This document shows, piece by piece, positions 37,491 through 48,328 of a stretch of 64,000 bases of DNA. The notes beneath the pieces were generated by a model. The model made no database searches, was not told where the DNA came from, and worked only from the letters and a program-made list of their open reading frames with translations. The stretch comes from Alphaproteobacteria bacterium (GTDB lineage Bacteria; Pseudomonadota; Alphaproteobacteria; UBA2966). Position numbers and translations under genes: made by a program. Where the stretch lies: positions 576,001 through 640,000 of the forward strand of contig OZ219858.1 in assembly GCA_964291395.2 (NCBI GenBank). The letters are read 5' to 3'. How positions within the stretch are numbered: the stretch's first letter is position 1; each line of letters opens with the position of its first letter.

Positions 37491-38644
37491 ACAGGCCGCG
37501 CATCCTTTTCTACGTACAGCACCTCGTGGGCATCGGTCACTTCAAGCGCGCTGCTGCCATTTCGCGAGCCGCTGCGGCGAGAGGCATGGGCGTAACCCTG
37601 GTGTCGGGCGGTCAAGCGCCTGCCGAGATCGATCTCGGAGCCGCAAAGCTCATGCAACTGCCGGCGGTCCATGCAACGGAAGACGATTACGCCACGCTCC
37701 TCGTGGAAGACGGGTCACAGGCGGACGATGTCCTGCGCCGCCGCCGAGCCGGTCTCGTGCTGGAGGAATTCGAGCGATGCCAACCGGACGTACTCGTCGT
37801 CGAGTTGTTTCCCTTCGGGCGCCGTCAAATGAAGTTCGAGTTGCTCCCCTTGCTGCGGGCCGCCCGGGATGCGCGACCTCGCCCCGTCATAGTCTCATCG
37901 ATACGCGACATCCTGGTCGGACAATCGAGGGCTGGCCGTGCGGATGAAGTGTGCGGCCATCTCGACACGTACTTCGATCACGTACTCGTTCACGCCGACC
38001 CTTCCCTTGTCACCTTGGGAGCGACGTTTCCCCAAGAGAACCGAATCAAGAAGATGGTGACGTATACGGGATATGTCGCCGACCGGATCGCCGAAGAGAG
38101 CGGTGAAGACGGTACGAACGAGGTTGTCGTTTCGGCCGGGGGCGGTGCGGTGGGCCGGCGTCTGTTGGAAGTGGCGTCGGCGTGCAGACCGCTTACGGCG
38201 TTGCGCGATCATATCTGGCGCCTGCTCGTGGGCTCACGCGGCTCGGCAGGATCGCTCGCCTCTCGACTGGGGCGGAAGGATTCCGGCGTGATCGTGGAAG
38301 CCGCCCGGTCCGATTTCCCAGCACTGCTTTCGCGGGCCGCCGTGTCCGTCAGCCAAGGCGGATACAACACCAGTGTCGAGATTCTTCGGGCGAAGACGCC
38401 TGCCGTCGTCGTGCCGTTCGCAACCGGCGTCGAGACGGAACAAACGATCAGAGCGGAACTGCTGCGCAAGCGAAGGCTGATCGAGGTCGTGCCCGAGGGG
38501 GAGCTCTCGCCGGAGAGCTTGGCGAAAGCCGTCGATTCCGCCTACCGCGCGGGATCCGGAGACGCGGACATCGATCTGTCGGGCGCGAATACGACGGCGG
38601 ATCTTCTGGAGGCATGGGCGCGGCAGGCAGCGCGGAATGCATGA
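37487..38644 (+). CDS. GT-B glycosyltransferase (GT28 C-terminal-like)
   Basis: YVQHLVGIGH, ELFPFGRR, SAGGGAVG, SQGGYNT. Confidence 0.88.
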   Translation: MNRPRILFYVQHLVGIGHFKRAAAISRAAAARGMGVTLVSGGQAPAEIDLGAAKLMQLPAVHATEDDYATLLVEDGSQADDVLRRRRAGLVLEEFERCQPDVLVVELFPFGRRQMKFELLPLLRAARDARPRPVIVSSIRDILVGQSRAGRADEVCGHLDTYFDHVLVHADPSLVTLGATFPQENRIKKMVTYTGYVADRIAEESGEDGTNEVVVSAGGGAVGRRLLEVASACRPLTALRDHIWRLLVGSRGSAGSLASRLGRKDSGVIVEAARSDFPALLSRAAVSVSQGGYNTSVEILRAKTPAVVVPFATGVETEQTIRAELLRKRRLIEVVPEGELSPESLAKAVDSAYRAGSGDADIDLSGANTTADLLEAWARQAARNA

Positions 38645-38659
38645 GCACGGTATGAACCG

Positions 38660-39427
38660 ATGGGAACCTGGTCCGCATTGACGGATGAGCTGGATGCTTG
38701 GTCGGTTGCCGGGAAAACGGCGACGATGTGGTGGCGGGACGATGACGCGACATGCCCTACCCCGGCGCTGGCGCGTTTGCTCGACGCCGCGGCAACGCAC
38801 GGCGTGCCGCTTTGCCTCGCCGCCGTCCCCAACCTCGTACGGAAAGAGCTGCTGACGCTGCTGGAAAGAGACGTGAACGTCGCTGTCGCCGTTCACGGCG
38901 TGAGCCACAAGAACTTCGCGGCGGCCGGCGAGAAGAAATGCGAACTCACGGAGGCTCGGTCCCCCCACGCGATGGCGGACGAACTCGTCGAAGGGCGGGA
39001 AAAGCTCATCGCCGTCGCGGGCTGCAGAACGATCCCGGTCCTGGTGCCGCCGTGGAACCGCGTTTCGCGAGCACTGGTCCCTCTGTTGCCGGGACTCGGC
39101 TTTCAGGGGCTTTCGACGTATGGCGACCGTCGCGCGCGCGCGCCAACCCCTGGGTTACGGCAAGTGAATTGCCACATCGATCCCATCGACTGGCGCGGCA
39201 GCCGGGACTTCATCGGTGTCACATGCGTGCTGGAGCAGCTGATCGGGCATCTCGCGCGGCGACGCCTGGGAAACGCCGACCCGGCCGAGCCGACCGGATT
39301 GCTGACGCATCACGCGGTCTGGTCCGACGCGGCGTTCGCGTTTCTGCAAGAGCTCCTCGTTCGCACGGGAAAGCATCCTGCGGCTCGCTGGCTGACTCCG
39401 CAGGTCGCGTTCGGGTTGGAGCCTTGA
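38660..39427 (+). CDS. Polysaccharide deacetylase (NodB-like fold)
   Basis: WWRDDD, VHGVSH, VPPWN, GLLTHH. Confidence 0.85.
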   Translation: MGTWSALTDELDAWSVAGKTATMWWRDDDATCPTPALARLLDAAATHGVPLCLAAVPNLVRKELLTLLERDVNVAVAVHGVSHKNFAAAGEKKCELTEARSPHAMADELVEGREKLIAVAGCRTIPVLVPPWNRVSRALVPLLPGLGFQGLSTYGDRRARAPTPGLRQVNCHIDPIDWRGSRDFIGVTCVLEQLIGHLARRRLGNADPAEPTGLLTHHAVWSDAAFAFLQELLVRTGKHPAARWLTPQVAFGLEP

Positions 39428-39930
39428 GCACCCACCGGTATCCGGCGTCGAGCCTGGCCGCGGATCATTGCCGCGCCGGCATCGGCCTTCTCGTGACCGG
39501 GGGGCCGCTCGTGTTCCTGGGCCCGATCAGCGGACTCATCTACATCCTGGCGCCTTTGGCGGTCCTCTTCGGTATCTTCGCGGTTCGGACACTGGTTCGT
39601 CAGCTGACCACATACGAAGCGACGGAGACGGGGTTTCGGGTGTCGGGGCCGGTCGGGTTTGAACTCGCGTGGTCTGATATTTCGGATATGCGCCTGAGGT
39701 ACTTTTCGACCCGGCGCGACCGCGGTCGCGGCTGGATGCAGCTCCGAATTCGCGGCACTGGCCGGACTGTCCGCCTGGACTCGACTTTGGGGGGGTTTTC
39801 CGACATTGTTGCGCGTGCCGCCAAGGAAGCGGCGCGGCACGATATCGCCTTGAGCGATGCCACGCTGGACAATATGCGGGCGTTGGGCATTGCAGAGCTG
39901 TCGGAGACGACAAGAATACCGACCGTTTGA
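39424..39930 (+). CDS. Hypothetical membrane protein (2 TM plus soluble domain)
   Basis: Coupled by overlaps at both ends; YFSTRRDRGRGWMQL motif. Confidence 0.75.
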   Translation: MSTHRYPASSLAADHCRAGIGLLVTGGPLVFLGPISGLIYILAPLAVLFGIFAVRTLVRQLTTYEATETGFRVSGPVGFELAWSDISDMRLRYFSTRRDRGRGWMQLRIRGTGRTVRLDSTLGGFSDIVARAAKEAARHDIALSDATLDNMRALGIAELSETTRIPTV

Positions 39931-41822
39931 TGGGGAACGTCCTACTCGTTCGCGATCTCAAGGTTGAATTTCATCTACCCGAAGGCGCCATTAAGGCTGT
40001 TGACGGTGTGTCTTTCCGGATTCCAGAGGGAAAGACCGTTGCGCTCGTGGGCGAATCGGGATCGGGAAAGACGGTCGTTTCCCAAGCCATCACGGGCATC
40101 CTTCCCAAGCCTGCCCGTATCGCGGCCGGTGAGATTTTGTTTTTCGACCCGGAGAAGCAGGGACACTTCGTCGACGTCGCCAAGTTGAAGCCCGACGGAC
40201 GGGCGATGCGGGATCTGAGAGGAGGCCGCATCTCCATCATTTTCCAGGAACCCATGACGTCCTTGTCTCCGCTTCACACGATCGGCAATCAGATCGGCGA
40301 GGCGACACGCCTGCACACGCGTTGCAACGCCTCCGTCGCAAGCGACATGACGGTCGAGATGCTGCGATTGGTGGGCTTTCCCGATCCGCCAAAGGCATTG
40401 CACACCTATCCGTTCGAACTGTCTGGAGGACTGCGCCAACGCGCCATGATCGCCATGGCGCTGGTGTGTCGGCCCGCCATCCTGATCGCTGACGAACCGA
40501 CGACCGCGCTGGATGTGACCATCCAGGCACAGATCTTGAAGTTGATGCAGGATCTGCAAGCCGAACTCGGCATGGCCATTCTGATGATCACCCACGATCT
40601 CGGCGTGGTCGCCAATGTGGCGGACGAAATCGTGGTGATGTATCACGGAAAGGTCATGGAAGCAGGGACTCTCCGTGACATCTTCGACGACCCCCGGCAC
40701 CCGTACCTTCAGGCTCTCATGCGCGCCGTTCCCCGGTTCGATATGAAGGCGGGCGAACGGCTTGTTCCGTTGCGCGAGATCAAGGCGGAAGGCAGCCAGC
40801 TTCTCGAGAACAGGGCACCGTGGCCGGATACCGAGGCAGCGCGCGCGCCGTTGCTGTCGGTGAAGGATCTGAGCAAGAGATTCACGACTCGAAAGACCTC
40901 GGTGTTCGGCTCGAAGCCCGGCGGCAGCGTGCTGGCCGTGGACGACGTCAGCTTCGATATCCACAGGGGTGAGTGCCTGGGACTGGTCGGCGAGTCGGGC
41001 TGTGGCAAGACGACTACCAGCAAGATCATCATACGGGCCGTCAGCCCGGGTGAGGGAACCGTCACGTTCAACGACCGGGGATCGCCGGTCGACGTCTTGA
41101 AGCTCGGCGGCCGAGAGCTGTTCGATTTCCGGCGGAAGGTCCAGTACATCTTCCAGGACCCGTTCAGTTCCCTGAACCCGCGCATGACGGTGTTCGACAT
41201 CATCAGCGAGCCGCTGGCCATTCACGGGATCGAGAATCAGGAGCAACGTGCCGCACGCGTCCGCGAGCTCATGGGTCTCGTCGGCCTCGACGTGCGCTAC
41301 CTGCGCCGCTATCCCCACAGCTTCTCGGGCGGCCAGCGTCAGCGAATCGGGATCGCGCGGGCGCTCGCGCTTCAACCCGATTTGCTCATCTGCGACGAAC
41401 CCGTCTCGGCTCTCGATGTCTCGGTGCAGGCGCAGGTGCTCAATCTTCTGAAGGATTTACAGAAGGAGCTCGGTCTCACCTACCTGTTCATTTCGCACGA
41501 TCTGGCGGTTGTCGATTACGTCGCCGACAGGATCGCCGTCATGTGCAAGGGCCGGCTGGTCGAGATGGCGCCCCGCGACGCGCTGCTGCGGGATCCTGTA
41601 CATCCCTATACCAAAGCGTTACTGGCCGCCGTGCCCAAGGCGGATCCGGAGAGTCGCTTGGACCTTACCGCGCTGATGGCAGGCCGTGCCTCGGATCCGT
41701 CCGCTTGGTCGCCACCGTTCACCGCGGACGGAGAGACCAGGCCTCGTCTCGCTCACCTGGGCGACGATCACTACGTCCGGGCAGCCGTCGACGATTCGGA
41801 CGCGCGGCGGCTGCTGGCATGA
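39927..41822 (+). CDS. Opp/Dpp-type ABC ATP-binding protein with duplicated ATPase domains
   Basis: GESGSGKT and GESGCGKT; LSGGLRQR and FSGGQRQR. Confidence 0.95.
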   Translation: MMGNVLLVRDLKVEFHLPEGAIKAVDGVSFRIPEGKTVALVGESGSGKTVVSQAITGILPKPARIAAGEILFFDPEKQGHFVDVAKLKPDGRAMRDLRGGRISIIFQEPMTSLSPLHTIGNQIGEATRLHTRCNASVASDMTVEMLRLVGFPDPPKALHTYPFELSGGLRQRAMIAMALVCRPAILIADEPTTALDVTIQAQILKLMQDLQAELGMAILMITHDLGVVANVADEIVVMYHGKVMEAGTLRDIFDDPRHPYLQALMRAVPRFDMKAGERLVPLREIKAEGSQLLENRAPWPDTEAARAPLLSVKDLSKRFTTRKTSVFGSKPGGSVLAVDDVSFDIHRGECLGLVGESGCGKTTTSKIIIRAVSPGEGTVTFNDRGSPVDVLKLGGRELFDFRRKVQYIFQDPFSSLNPRMTVFDIISEPLAIHGIENQEQRAARVRELMGLVGLDVRYLRRYPHSFSGGQRQRIGIARALALQPDLLICDEPVSALDVSVQAQVLNLLKDLQKELGLTYLFISHDLAVVDYVADRIAVMCKGRLVEMAPRDALLRDPVHPYTKALLAAVPKADPESRLDLTALMAGRASDPSAWSPPFTADGETRPRLAHLGDDHYVRAAVDDSDARRLLA

Positions 41823-43717
41823 TCCCGGCAATCCAACGATCGGTGTCCGCTGCTGCGTTGGCGGTATGCCTGGCCTCGCCGGCCCTGGCCATCACGCTGC
41901 GGGAAACGCCTTCTCTCGCCGAGGCCGTCGCGTCGGGAGCTCTGCCGCCCGTCGCGGAGCGCGTTCCACTGACCCCCTTGGTCGTGAATCTGGCAGGCGA
42001 CTCCAAGAAGCCGGGCCGGCACGGCGGAACCCTGAACATGCTGATCGGCCGTCCCAAGGACATCCGCCTCCTCGTGGTATACGGCTACGCGCGACTCGTC
42101 GGTTACGACGACCGGTTTCGGATGCAACCCGACATTTTGGAAAGCTTCGATGTCCGGGAAGGCCGCATATTTACGTTCAGGCTGCGTGAGAGTCACAAAT
42201 GGTCCGACGGCCATCCCTTCACGGCGGAAGACTTCCGATACTATTGGGAAGACGTTGCCAACAATCCAAGCCTTGCTCCGTCGGGTCCGCCGCGCGACAT
42301 GATCGTTGCGGGGAAACCCCCGCGATTCGAGATCATCGACGATCACGCCGTGAGATACACCTGGCCGGCGCCCAACCCCTTCTTCCTGCCGCGCATCGCC
42401 GGGGCGTCACCCCTGTTCATCTACCGCCCGGCCCACTACCTGAAGCAGTTTCACCCCCGCTATGCCGGCGAAGCGGCAGCAGCCCGGCGCGCCGAAGAGG
42501 AGGGACAGCGAAGCTGGGCCGCGCTGCACAACAAGCGGGACAACCTTTACAAGTTCGACAATCCGGATCTGCCGACGCTGCAGCCCTGGCGGAACACGAC
42601 CCGTCCACCGGCGCAGCGGTTTGCCGCCAAGCGCAATCCCTTCTTCCACCGCGTCGACACACGGGGTCGTCAGCTTCCGTACATCGACGACGTCGTGCTG
42701 GTGCAGACGGACGGAAGGCTGATCTCCGCCAAAACCGGAGCCGGCGAGTCGGACCTGCAGTCGCGGAACATCTCGTTCGACGACTACACGTTCCTCAAGG
42801 ACGGTTCCGAACGTAACGGGTATGACGTGCATTTGTGGCGCACCGCGAAAGGGGCGCACCTCGCGTTGTTCCCGAATCTCAACCACAACGATCGGGTCTG
42901 GCGGGAGGTGATTCGGGACCGGCGATTCCGGGAGGCCCTGAGTCTCGCGATCGACCGTCCGTTGATCAATCAGGCGCTCTATTTCGGACTCGCCTTGGAG
43001 CATCACAACACGGTGCTGCCACGGAGCCCTCTCTACGACGAGACGTACGCGCGAACCGAGTTCGATATCGAGAAGGCGAACAGGCTGCTGGACGAGATGG
43101 GCCTGACGGAATGGGACGACGACGAAACCCGCCTGTTGCCGGACGGGCGGCCCATTCACGTCATTGTCGAGACGGCCGGCGAGGACACCGAGCAAACGGA
43201 CGTTCTCGAGCTGATCCGGGATGACTGGGCCAAAATCGGGATCCGGCTGTTCACCAAACCGTCCCAACGGGAAGTCTTCCGCAACCGCATCTTCTCCGGC
43301 GAGACCCTGATGTCGATCTGGTTCGGGCTGGAGAATGGGCTCGCCACGGCCGACACGATCCCGCGGGAGTTGGCCCCGACGAGTCAGCTACAATTGCAGT
43401 GGCCGAAATGGGGCCAGTACTTTGAGACTAAGGGCAAGTCGGGAGAGCCGCCGGACATGGCGGTCGTCATCGAATTGGCGCACCTCAACGAGGAATGGTT
43501 GAGCGCCCCCACGACCCGGGAACGCGAACGCATTTGGCGGAGAATGTTGGGGATTCATCGCGACATGCTTTTCTCCATCGGAATCGTTTCCGGCGTGCTG
43601 CAACCGGTCGTCGCCAGGAGGGGATTGATGAACGTCCCCGCCAGGGCCGTCTACAACTGGGATCCCGGTGCCCACTTCGGGGTCTATCGGCCCGACACCT
43701 TCTGGTTCGCGAGGTGA
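41819..43717 (+). CDS. Family-5 ABC substrate-binding protein
   Basis: Signal peptide, GALPPVAERVP, KWSDGHPFTAED, QLPYID. Confidence 0.92.
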   Translation: MIPAIQRSVSAAALAVCLASPALAITLRETPSLAEAVASGALPPVAERVPLTPLVVNLAGDSKKPGRHGGTLNMLIGRPKDIRLLVVYGYARLVGYDDRFRMQPDILESFDVREGRIFTFRLRESHKWSDGHPFTAEDFRYYWEDVANNPSLAPSGPPRDMIVAGKPPRFEIIDDHAVRYTWPAPNPFFLPRIAGASPLFIYRPAHYLKQFHPRYAGEAAAARRAEEEGQRSWAALHNKRDNLYKFDNPDLPTLQPWRNTTRPPAQRFAAKRNPFFHRVDTRGRQLPYIDDVVLVQTDGRLISAKTGAGESDLQSRNISFDDYTFLKDGSERNGYDVHLWRTAKGAHLALFPNLNHNDRVWREVIRDRRFREALSLAIDRPLINQALYFGLALEHHNTVLPRSPLYDETYARTEFDIEKANRLLDEMGLTEWDDDETRLLPDGRPIHVIVETAGEDTEQTDVLELIRDDWAKIGIRLFTKPSQREVFRNRIFSGETLMSIWFGLENGLATADTIPRELAPTSQLQLQWPKWGQYFETKGKSGEPPDMAVVIELAHLNEEWLSAPTTRERERIWRRMLGIHRDMLFSIGIVSGVLQPVVARRGLMNVPARAVYNWDPGAHFGVYRPDTFWFAR

Positions 43718-43770
43718 CTGCGGTCGATGCCGGCCGATGATTGGTTGAGGTGGTTCGGGCGGGATTGACG

Positions 43771-44796
43771 ATGTTCACATATTTTGTCCATCGCGTATTG
43801 ATCATGATCCCCACGCTGCTGGCGATCAGCGTGTTGATCTTCATCATCATCCAGCTGCCCCCGGGCGACTATCTTTCGAACCAGATTCAGGAACTGAAGA
43901 GTCAAGGCGATACCGCCGCGCTGGCAAAAGCCGAATTTCTGCGCCATCAGTACGGACTGGACCGTCCGCTCGTCGAGCAATACGCGGTGTGGCTTGGCGT
44001 CTGGCCGGGTCCGAACGGGTTCTCCGGCCTCTTGCAAGGTGATCTCGGCTATTCCTTCGAGTTCGACCTGCCGGTGACCGACGTCGTCGGAGACCGGTTG
44101 TTGCTGTCCTTTATCGTATCCTTCGCCACGATCATCTTCACCTGGGTGGTGTCGTTCCCCATCGGCGTGTATTCCGCGACCCATCAATACAGCATCGGCG
44201 ATCACTCACTGACCTTTCTCGGATTCATCGGTCTGGCGACGCCCAATTTCCTGCTCGCGCTGGTGCTGATCTATTTCGCCAACGTCACTTTCGGCACGTC
44301 GATCGGCGGCCTGATGGATCCCCGATACCTCGACCAGCCATGGTCGTGGGCAAAGTTCGTTTCCGTTCTCGAACACCTGTGGATCCCTGTCATCGTCATC
44401 GGAACATCTGGCACTGCCGGCATGATTCGGAGGTTGCGCGCCAACCTGCTCGACGAACTGCAAAAGCAATATGTGGTCACGGGCCGGGCAAAGGGCCTTC
44501 CGCCACTTCGCCTCCTGATCAAGTATCCGTTGCGCGTCTCCCTCAACCCCTTCATCTCGGACATCGGAAACCTTCTGCCGCAGGTCATTTCGGGGGCCGC
44601 CATCGTATCCGTGGTTCTGTCGCTGCCGACGACAGGCCCCATGCTGGTTCACGCATTGCAGTCCCAGGACCAATATCTCGCGGGGTCGTTCCTGATGTTC
44701 CTGTCTCTGCTGACGGTCATCGGCATGTTCCTCTCCGATGTGGCGTTGGCCGCGCTGGATCCGCGAATCCGTCTTGGCGAGCAGGCGGTTCGATGA
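43771..44796 (+). CDS. ABC permease (OppB-like)
   Basis: GDLGYSF, ATPNF, YVVTGRAKGL, LDPRIR. Confidence 0.93.
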   Translation: MFTYFVHRVLIMIPTLLAISVLIFIIIQLPPGDYLSNQIQELKSQGDTAALAKAEFLRHQYGLDRPLVEQYAVWLGVWPGPNGFSGLLQGDLGYSFEFDLPVTDVVGDRLLLSFIVSFATIIFTWVVSFPIGVYSATHQYSIGDHSLTFLGFIGLATPNFLLALVLIYFANVTFGTSIGGLMDPRYLDQPWSWAKFVSVLEHLWIPVIVIGTSGTAGMIRRLRANLLDELQKQYVVTGRAKGLPPLRLLIKYPLRVSLNPFISDIGNLLPQVISGAAIVSVVLSLPTTGPMLVHALQSQDQYLAGSFLMFLSLLTVIGMFLSDVALAALDPRIRLGEQAVR

Positions 44797-45971
44797 CCTT
44801 CCGCACTCACTCCGCGGTCGACGGCAGACTGGATCACTTCGTCAGTCGCGAGCCCTTCGACCCCCATTCGGTCGAACGTATGACGGCCGAGCAGGAACGG
44901 TATTACATGGCCTCGCAATGGCAGATGATGTGGTGGAAGTTCCTCCGCCATCGCCTTGCCGTCGCGTCCGGCGTCGTATTGGCAGTGTTCTACCTGTCCA
45001 TTCTGATCAGCGAGTTCCTGGCGCCCTACCATCTCCATTCGCGCGACGCAAAGCACATTTTCGCGCCGCCTCAGGAATTGCATCTGTTCCATGAAGACGA
45101 GTTCGTCGGTCCCTTCGTGTATGGGCTGAGCTACCGTCTCAACATGGAGAATCTGAAACGCGAGTACACACCGGACCCTGATTTGGTTCAGCCCATCCGG
45201 TTCTTCTGCTCCGGGGACACGTACGAATTCTGGGGCCTCTTCGAGGCCAACCTCCACCTGATGTGCCCTGCGGAAGGAGGAACGCTGTACCTTCTGGGGA
45301 CCGACCGGCTGGGTCGCGACATGCTGTCCCGGATCGTCTACGGCACGCGGATTTCGCTGACCGTCGGCTTGATCGGCATTTCGATCAGCTTCCTTCTCGG
45401 TCTGTTCTTCGGCGGCGTATCGGGCTATTTCGGCGGATGGTGGGACACCCTGACCCAGCGGCTTATCGAAATCATCCGATCTTTTCCCGAACTGCCCCTC
45501 TGGATGGCGCTGTCCGCGGCCCTCCCCGTGACTTGGAGTCCGACGCTCATCTATTTCGGCATCACCATCATCCTGGGCCTCATCGACTGGACTGGACTGG
45601 CGCGCGCCGTCCGAGGGAAGATTCTGGCATTGCGAGAGGAGGACTTCGCGACGGCGGCCCAACTCATGGGGGCCAGCTCCTCCCGTATCGTCGGACGGCA
45701 CCTGATACCGAGCTTCATGAGCCATCTCATCGCATCCGCGACTCTCTCCATTCCCTCGATGATCCTGGGTGAAACGGCGCTCTCGTTCCTGGGACTTGGT
45801 CTTCGCCCTCCGATCACGAGTTGGGGCGTGCTGCTCAACGAGGCTCAGAACATCAATGTCGTCGCGCTGTACCCCTGGCTGATGCTACCGGTGGTGCCCG
45901 TCATCATCGTCGTGCTGACGCTCAATTTCTTCGGCGACGGACTGCGGGACGCCGCGGATCCGTATCGTTGA
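44793..45971 (+). CDS. ABC permease (OppC-like)
   Basis: LGTDRLGRD, ETALSFLGLG, GDGLRDAADP. Confidence 0.93.
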   Translation: MTFRTHSAVDGRLDHFVSREPFDPHSVERMTAEQERYYMASQWQMMWWKFLRHRLAVASGVVLAVFYLSILISEFLAPYHLHSRDAKHIFAPPQELHLFHEDEFVGPFVYGLSYRLNMENLKREYTPDPDLVQPIRFFCSGDTYEFWGLFEANLHLMCPAEGGTLYLLGTDRLGRDMLSRIVYGTRISLTVGLIGISISFLLGLFFGGVSGYFGGWWDTLTQRLIEIIRSFPELPLWMALSAALPVTWSPTLIYFGITIILGLIDWTGLARAVRGKILALREEDFATAAQLMGASSSRIVGRHLIPSFMSHLIASATLSIPSMILGETALSFLGLGLRPPITSWGVLLNEAQNINVVALYPWLMLPVVPVIIVVLTLNFFGDGLRDAADPYR

Positions 45972-46033
45972 CCGTCGCTCGTGCCGTCGACTTCCTTCGA
46001 ACGCCCCGGGCAGTGCGGTGACGGCCGTCCCGG

Positions 46034-47398
46034 TTACGGGGCCAGGATCACCAAGTTCATCGGCTGCTCGACACCGCCGACCGCCGCCTTCTCGAGCACG
46101 TGGCGCTGCCGTGGAGACACATAACCCTGTGCGCGCGCCGTCCCGTACGCCTGCTCTGTGGTGAGCGCCACGACGCCCGCGGCCTTGTTGTGTTTCTCCA
46201 GCTTGGCGGCGAGGTTCACGGCATCGCCGATCACGGTGTACTCAAGCCTTTTGGGGTCGCCCACGGCGCCGAAGATCACTGGCCCCGTGGCCACGGCGAA
46301 TCCGATTTCGAGGGGTCGCGCGCCTACCGCGCGACGGTCCTCCTGCCAAGCCTCCGTCACGGCCACGAGCTCATCGACGGCGCTCAGGGCATCGGCGGCC
46401 CAGGTCTCCGATCTGGATGCCGCGCCGAACGTCGCCATGATGCCGTCACCCAGATACTTGTCGATGCTGCCGCCACGACCCTGAATGGTCTTGCCCATCC
46501 GTGCTTCGTATTCGGCTAGCAAGGTCATCAGGGCATCGGGGGACAACTCCGAGGCGAGTTGCGTGAAACCGCGGATGTCGCAGAACAATACGGCCGCGTC
46601 GACGAGTTCCCCCTGGCCCGGCTCGATCCGCTGCTCGGCTTTGGTGATCTGATCCGCGACCTCCGGGGAGAAGAACCGCGACAGATCCTCGGCCGCCGCG
46701 CCTTCCGTCACGGACCGGACCAACAGTCGTCGCGCCCGAACGATCGCCAGGGCGAGGATCGCGGTGACGACGAGGATGGAGACGATCTTGTCGAATTCGG
46801 CACCCAGAAGAATCTGGGTCGACGTCATGTAAAGCACGAAATCGCGCGTGATCCCGTCGGTTCCCTCGGCCACCGACATACCGACCATGAACAACCACCC
46901 CACGGCGGCTGTCGAACCCGCCAACAGCACGAAGAAGGCGTCGAACCTCAGCGCTCGCAGGGCGATGAAAATGAACACGTAGAGGAGTGTAGGAGCTTTC
47001 AGGACGAACGCCGTCGGCTGTTCGTACTGGATATGAAAACTCCAGATGAGCCCCATGAGCAAGGCCATGTCGACGATAACGGAAAGGGTCAGGAACCACC
47101 GGGTCAGGGCATTGCGGTATCCCAGAAGAAGGCGTACGCCCGTGAAAGCGAGATAGGCCGTCAATGCCCACGGTACCGGCGTGATCGCGACGTCTGTGCC
47201 GAAGGTCTTGGGCGATAACGAGTACAGCGTCCCGAAGACGCAGACCACGCCGAGCTGGACCCAGCCGACCAGTATCTCGCTTTGGGCCTGCTGCCGCCCG
47301 ATTGACGTGCGTACGCGCTCGGGAAGCCCGAGCCCTGTTTCACCGAACAGCAGAAGCTTCAGCATCGTCAATGGACGACCTCTGAGCGGAACAGACAT
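46034..47398 (-). CDS. Membrane-bound class III adenylate cyclase
   Basis: About six TM helices; FCDIRGFT, DKYLGDG, EYTVIGDAVNLAAKLE; AAAGGA RBS before ATG at 47398. Confidence 0.92.
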   Translation of the reverse strand: MSVPLRGRPLTMLKLLLFGETGLGLPERVRTSIGRQQAQSEILVGWVQLGVVCVFGTLYSLSPKTFGTDVAITPVPWALTAYLAFTGVRLLLGYRNALTRWFLTLSVIVDMALLMGLIWSFHIQYEQPTAFVLKAPTLLYVFIFIALRALRFDAFFVLLAGSTAAVGWLFMVGMSVAEGTDGITRDFVLYMTSTQILLGAEFDKIVSILVVTAILALAIVRARRLLVRSVTEGAAAEDLSRFFSPEVADQITKAEQRIEPGQGELVDAAVLFCDIRGFTQLASELSPDALMTLLAEYEARMGKTIQGRGGSIDKYLGDGIMATFGAASRSETWAADALSAVDELVAVTEAWQEDRRAVGARPLEIGFAVATGPVIFGAVGDPKRLEYTVIGDAVNLAAKLEKHNKAAGVVALTTEQAYGTARAQGYVSPRQRHVLEKAAVGGVEQPMNLVILAP

Positions 47399-47485
47399 CG
47401 GTTTCCTTTCGTTGTGCTTATATGTCGCATACCCCGGGCACGTTCGCTGTTCACGCTCATTCACACTGTCGCTTGCATGACGTGC

Positions 47486-48322
47486 TCAGGAGATCTTTCG
47501 CAGCCACAGGCTCGATTCGAACGCGCCTGGAAGAACGGGCAGATGCCGCACAACACTCGCTTCGAAGATGGCCGGCATCGCAGTCGTCACGTAGTGACTC
47601 GAAAACACCGTCTCGTAACCCCCGAGAACGAGTTGCGTCACGGCGGCCTGCTCGTTGTAGCCGCGCCAGCCCCACTCGGCCGGGTAGTCGTCAGGTAGGA
47701 ACACGTCATGGAAGTGTATCCAGATGCCTTTGGGGAGCGGGGGAAGTACGCGATTCAGGATGACGTCGACATCGCTGCCCGGCATCAGCACGTGGCTCGA
47801 GTCGATCACCAGGAAATCACCCGATTGAAGGGCGTCAAACGGTCCAGTGCCGGCCTCTTGGACCGTCGCCTCTAGAAACCGGACGTCGAGACCGTACAGC
47901 GTAGCGCGCGGGCTTGGATCGACCGCAGTGACGGTACACGGGAACCCGCCGTCGGAAACGGCCCGGGCGATGAAGCGTGTGGAGTGGCCTGACCCCACCT
48001 CGACCACCCGCGACGGCCGCTCGTGACGGAGCAGAGTGTAGAGGATCGCGGCGTCGAGGCGGGGAAACCAGTCCTGTTCCCATCGGGGCGCGGGGGCGGG
48101 CTCGGTGCCGATGCCATTCAGGTCGTCGCCGAAGGATTCGGCGAGCGAAAGGATGTGCCGGAACGTCGCTTCACGGTCGGCGAGGTGTCGGTGAATCGGT
48201 TCGTACGGGGCGTTGGCGCCCGGATGCGGCAGGTGCCCGGCATAACGGTGGGGGATGAAGAAGCCGCGCCTCGCGAACCCCAGGACCGTCATCAAGCCGA
48301 GCCGCAGCGCTCTAAATTTCAT
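47486..48322 (-). CDS. Class I SAM-dependent methyltransferase (Methyltransf_24-like)
   Basis: VEVGSGHST, IDSSH, HFHDVFLP, YNEQ. Confidence 0.88.
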   Translation of the reverse strand: MKFRALRLGLMTVLGFARRGFFIPHRYAGHLPHPGANAPYEPIHRHLADREATFRHILSLAESFGDDLNGIGTEPAPAPRWEQDWFPRLDAAILYTLLRHERPSRVVEVGSGHSTRFIARAVSDGGFPCTVTAVDPSPRATLYGLDVRFLEATVQEAGTGPFDALQSGDFLVIDSSHVLMPGSDVDVILNRVLPPLPKGIWIHFHDVFLPDDYPAEWGWRGYNEQAAVTQLVLGGYETVFSSHYVTTAMPAIFEASVVRHLPVLPGAFESSLWLRKIS

Positions 48323-48328
48323 GTGGAA

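Noticed and set aside
33171-39427. Capsule/O-antigen locus interpretation of the GT cluster
   Set aside because: No flippase, polymerase, chain-length, initiating transferase or nucleotide-sugar genes; coupled instead to a solute importer
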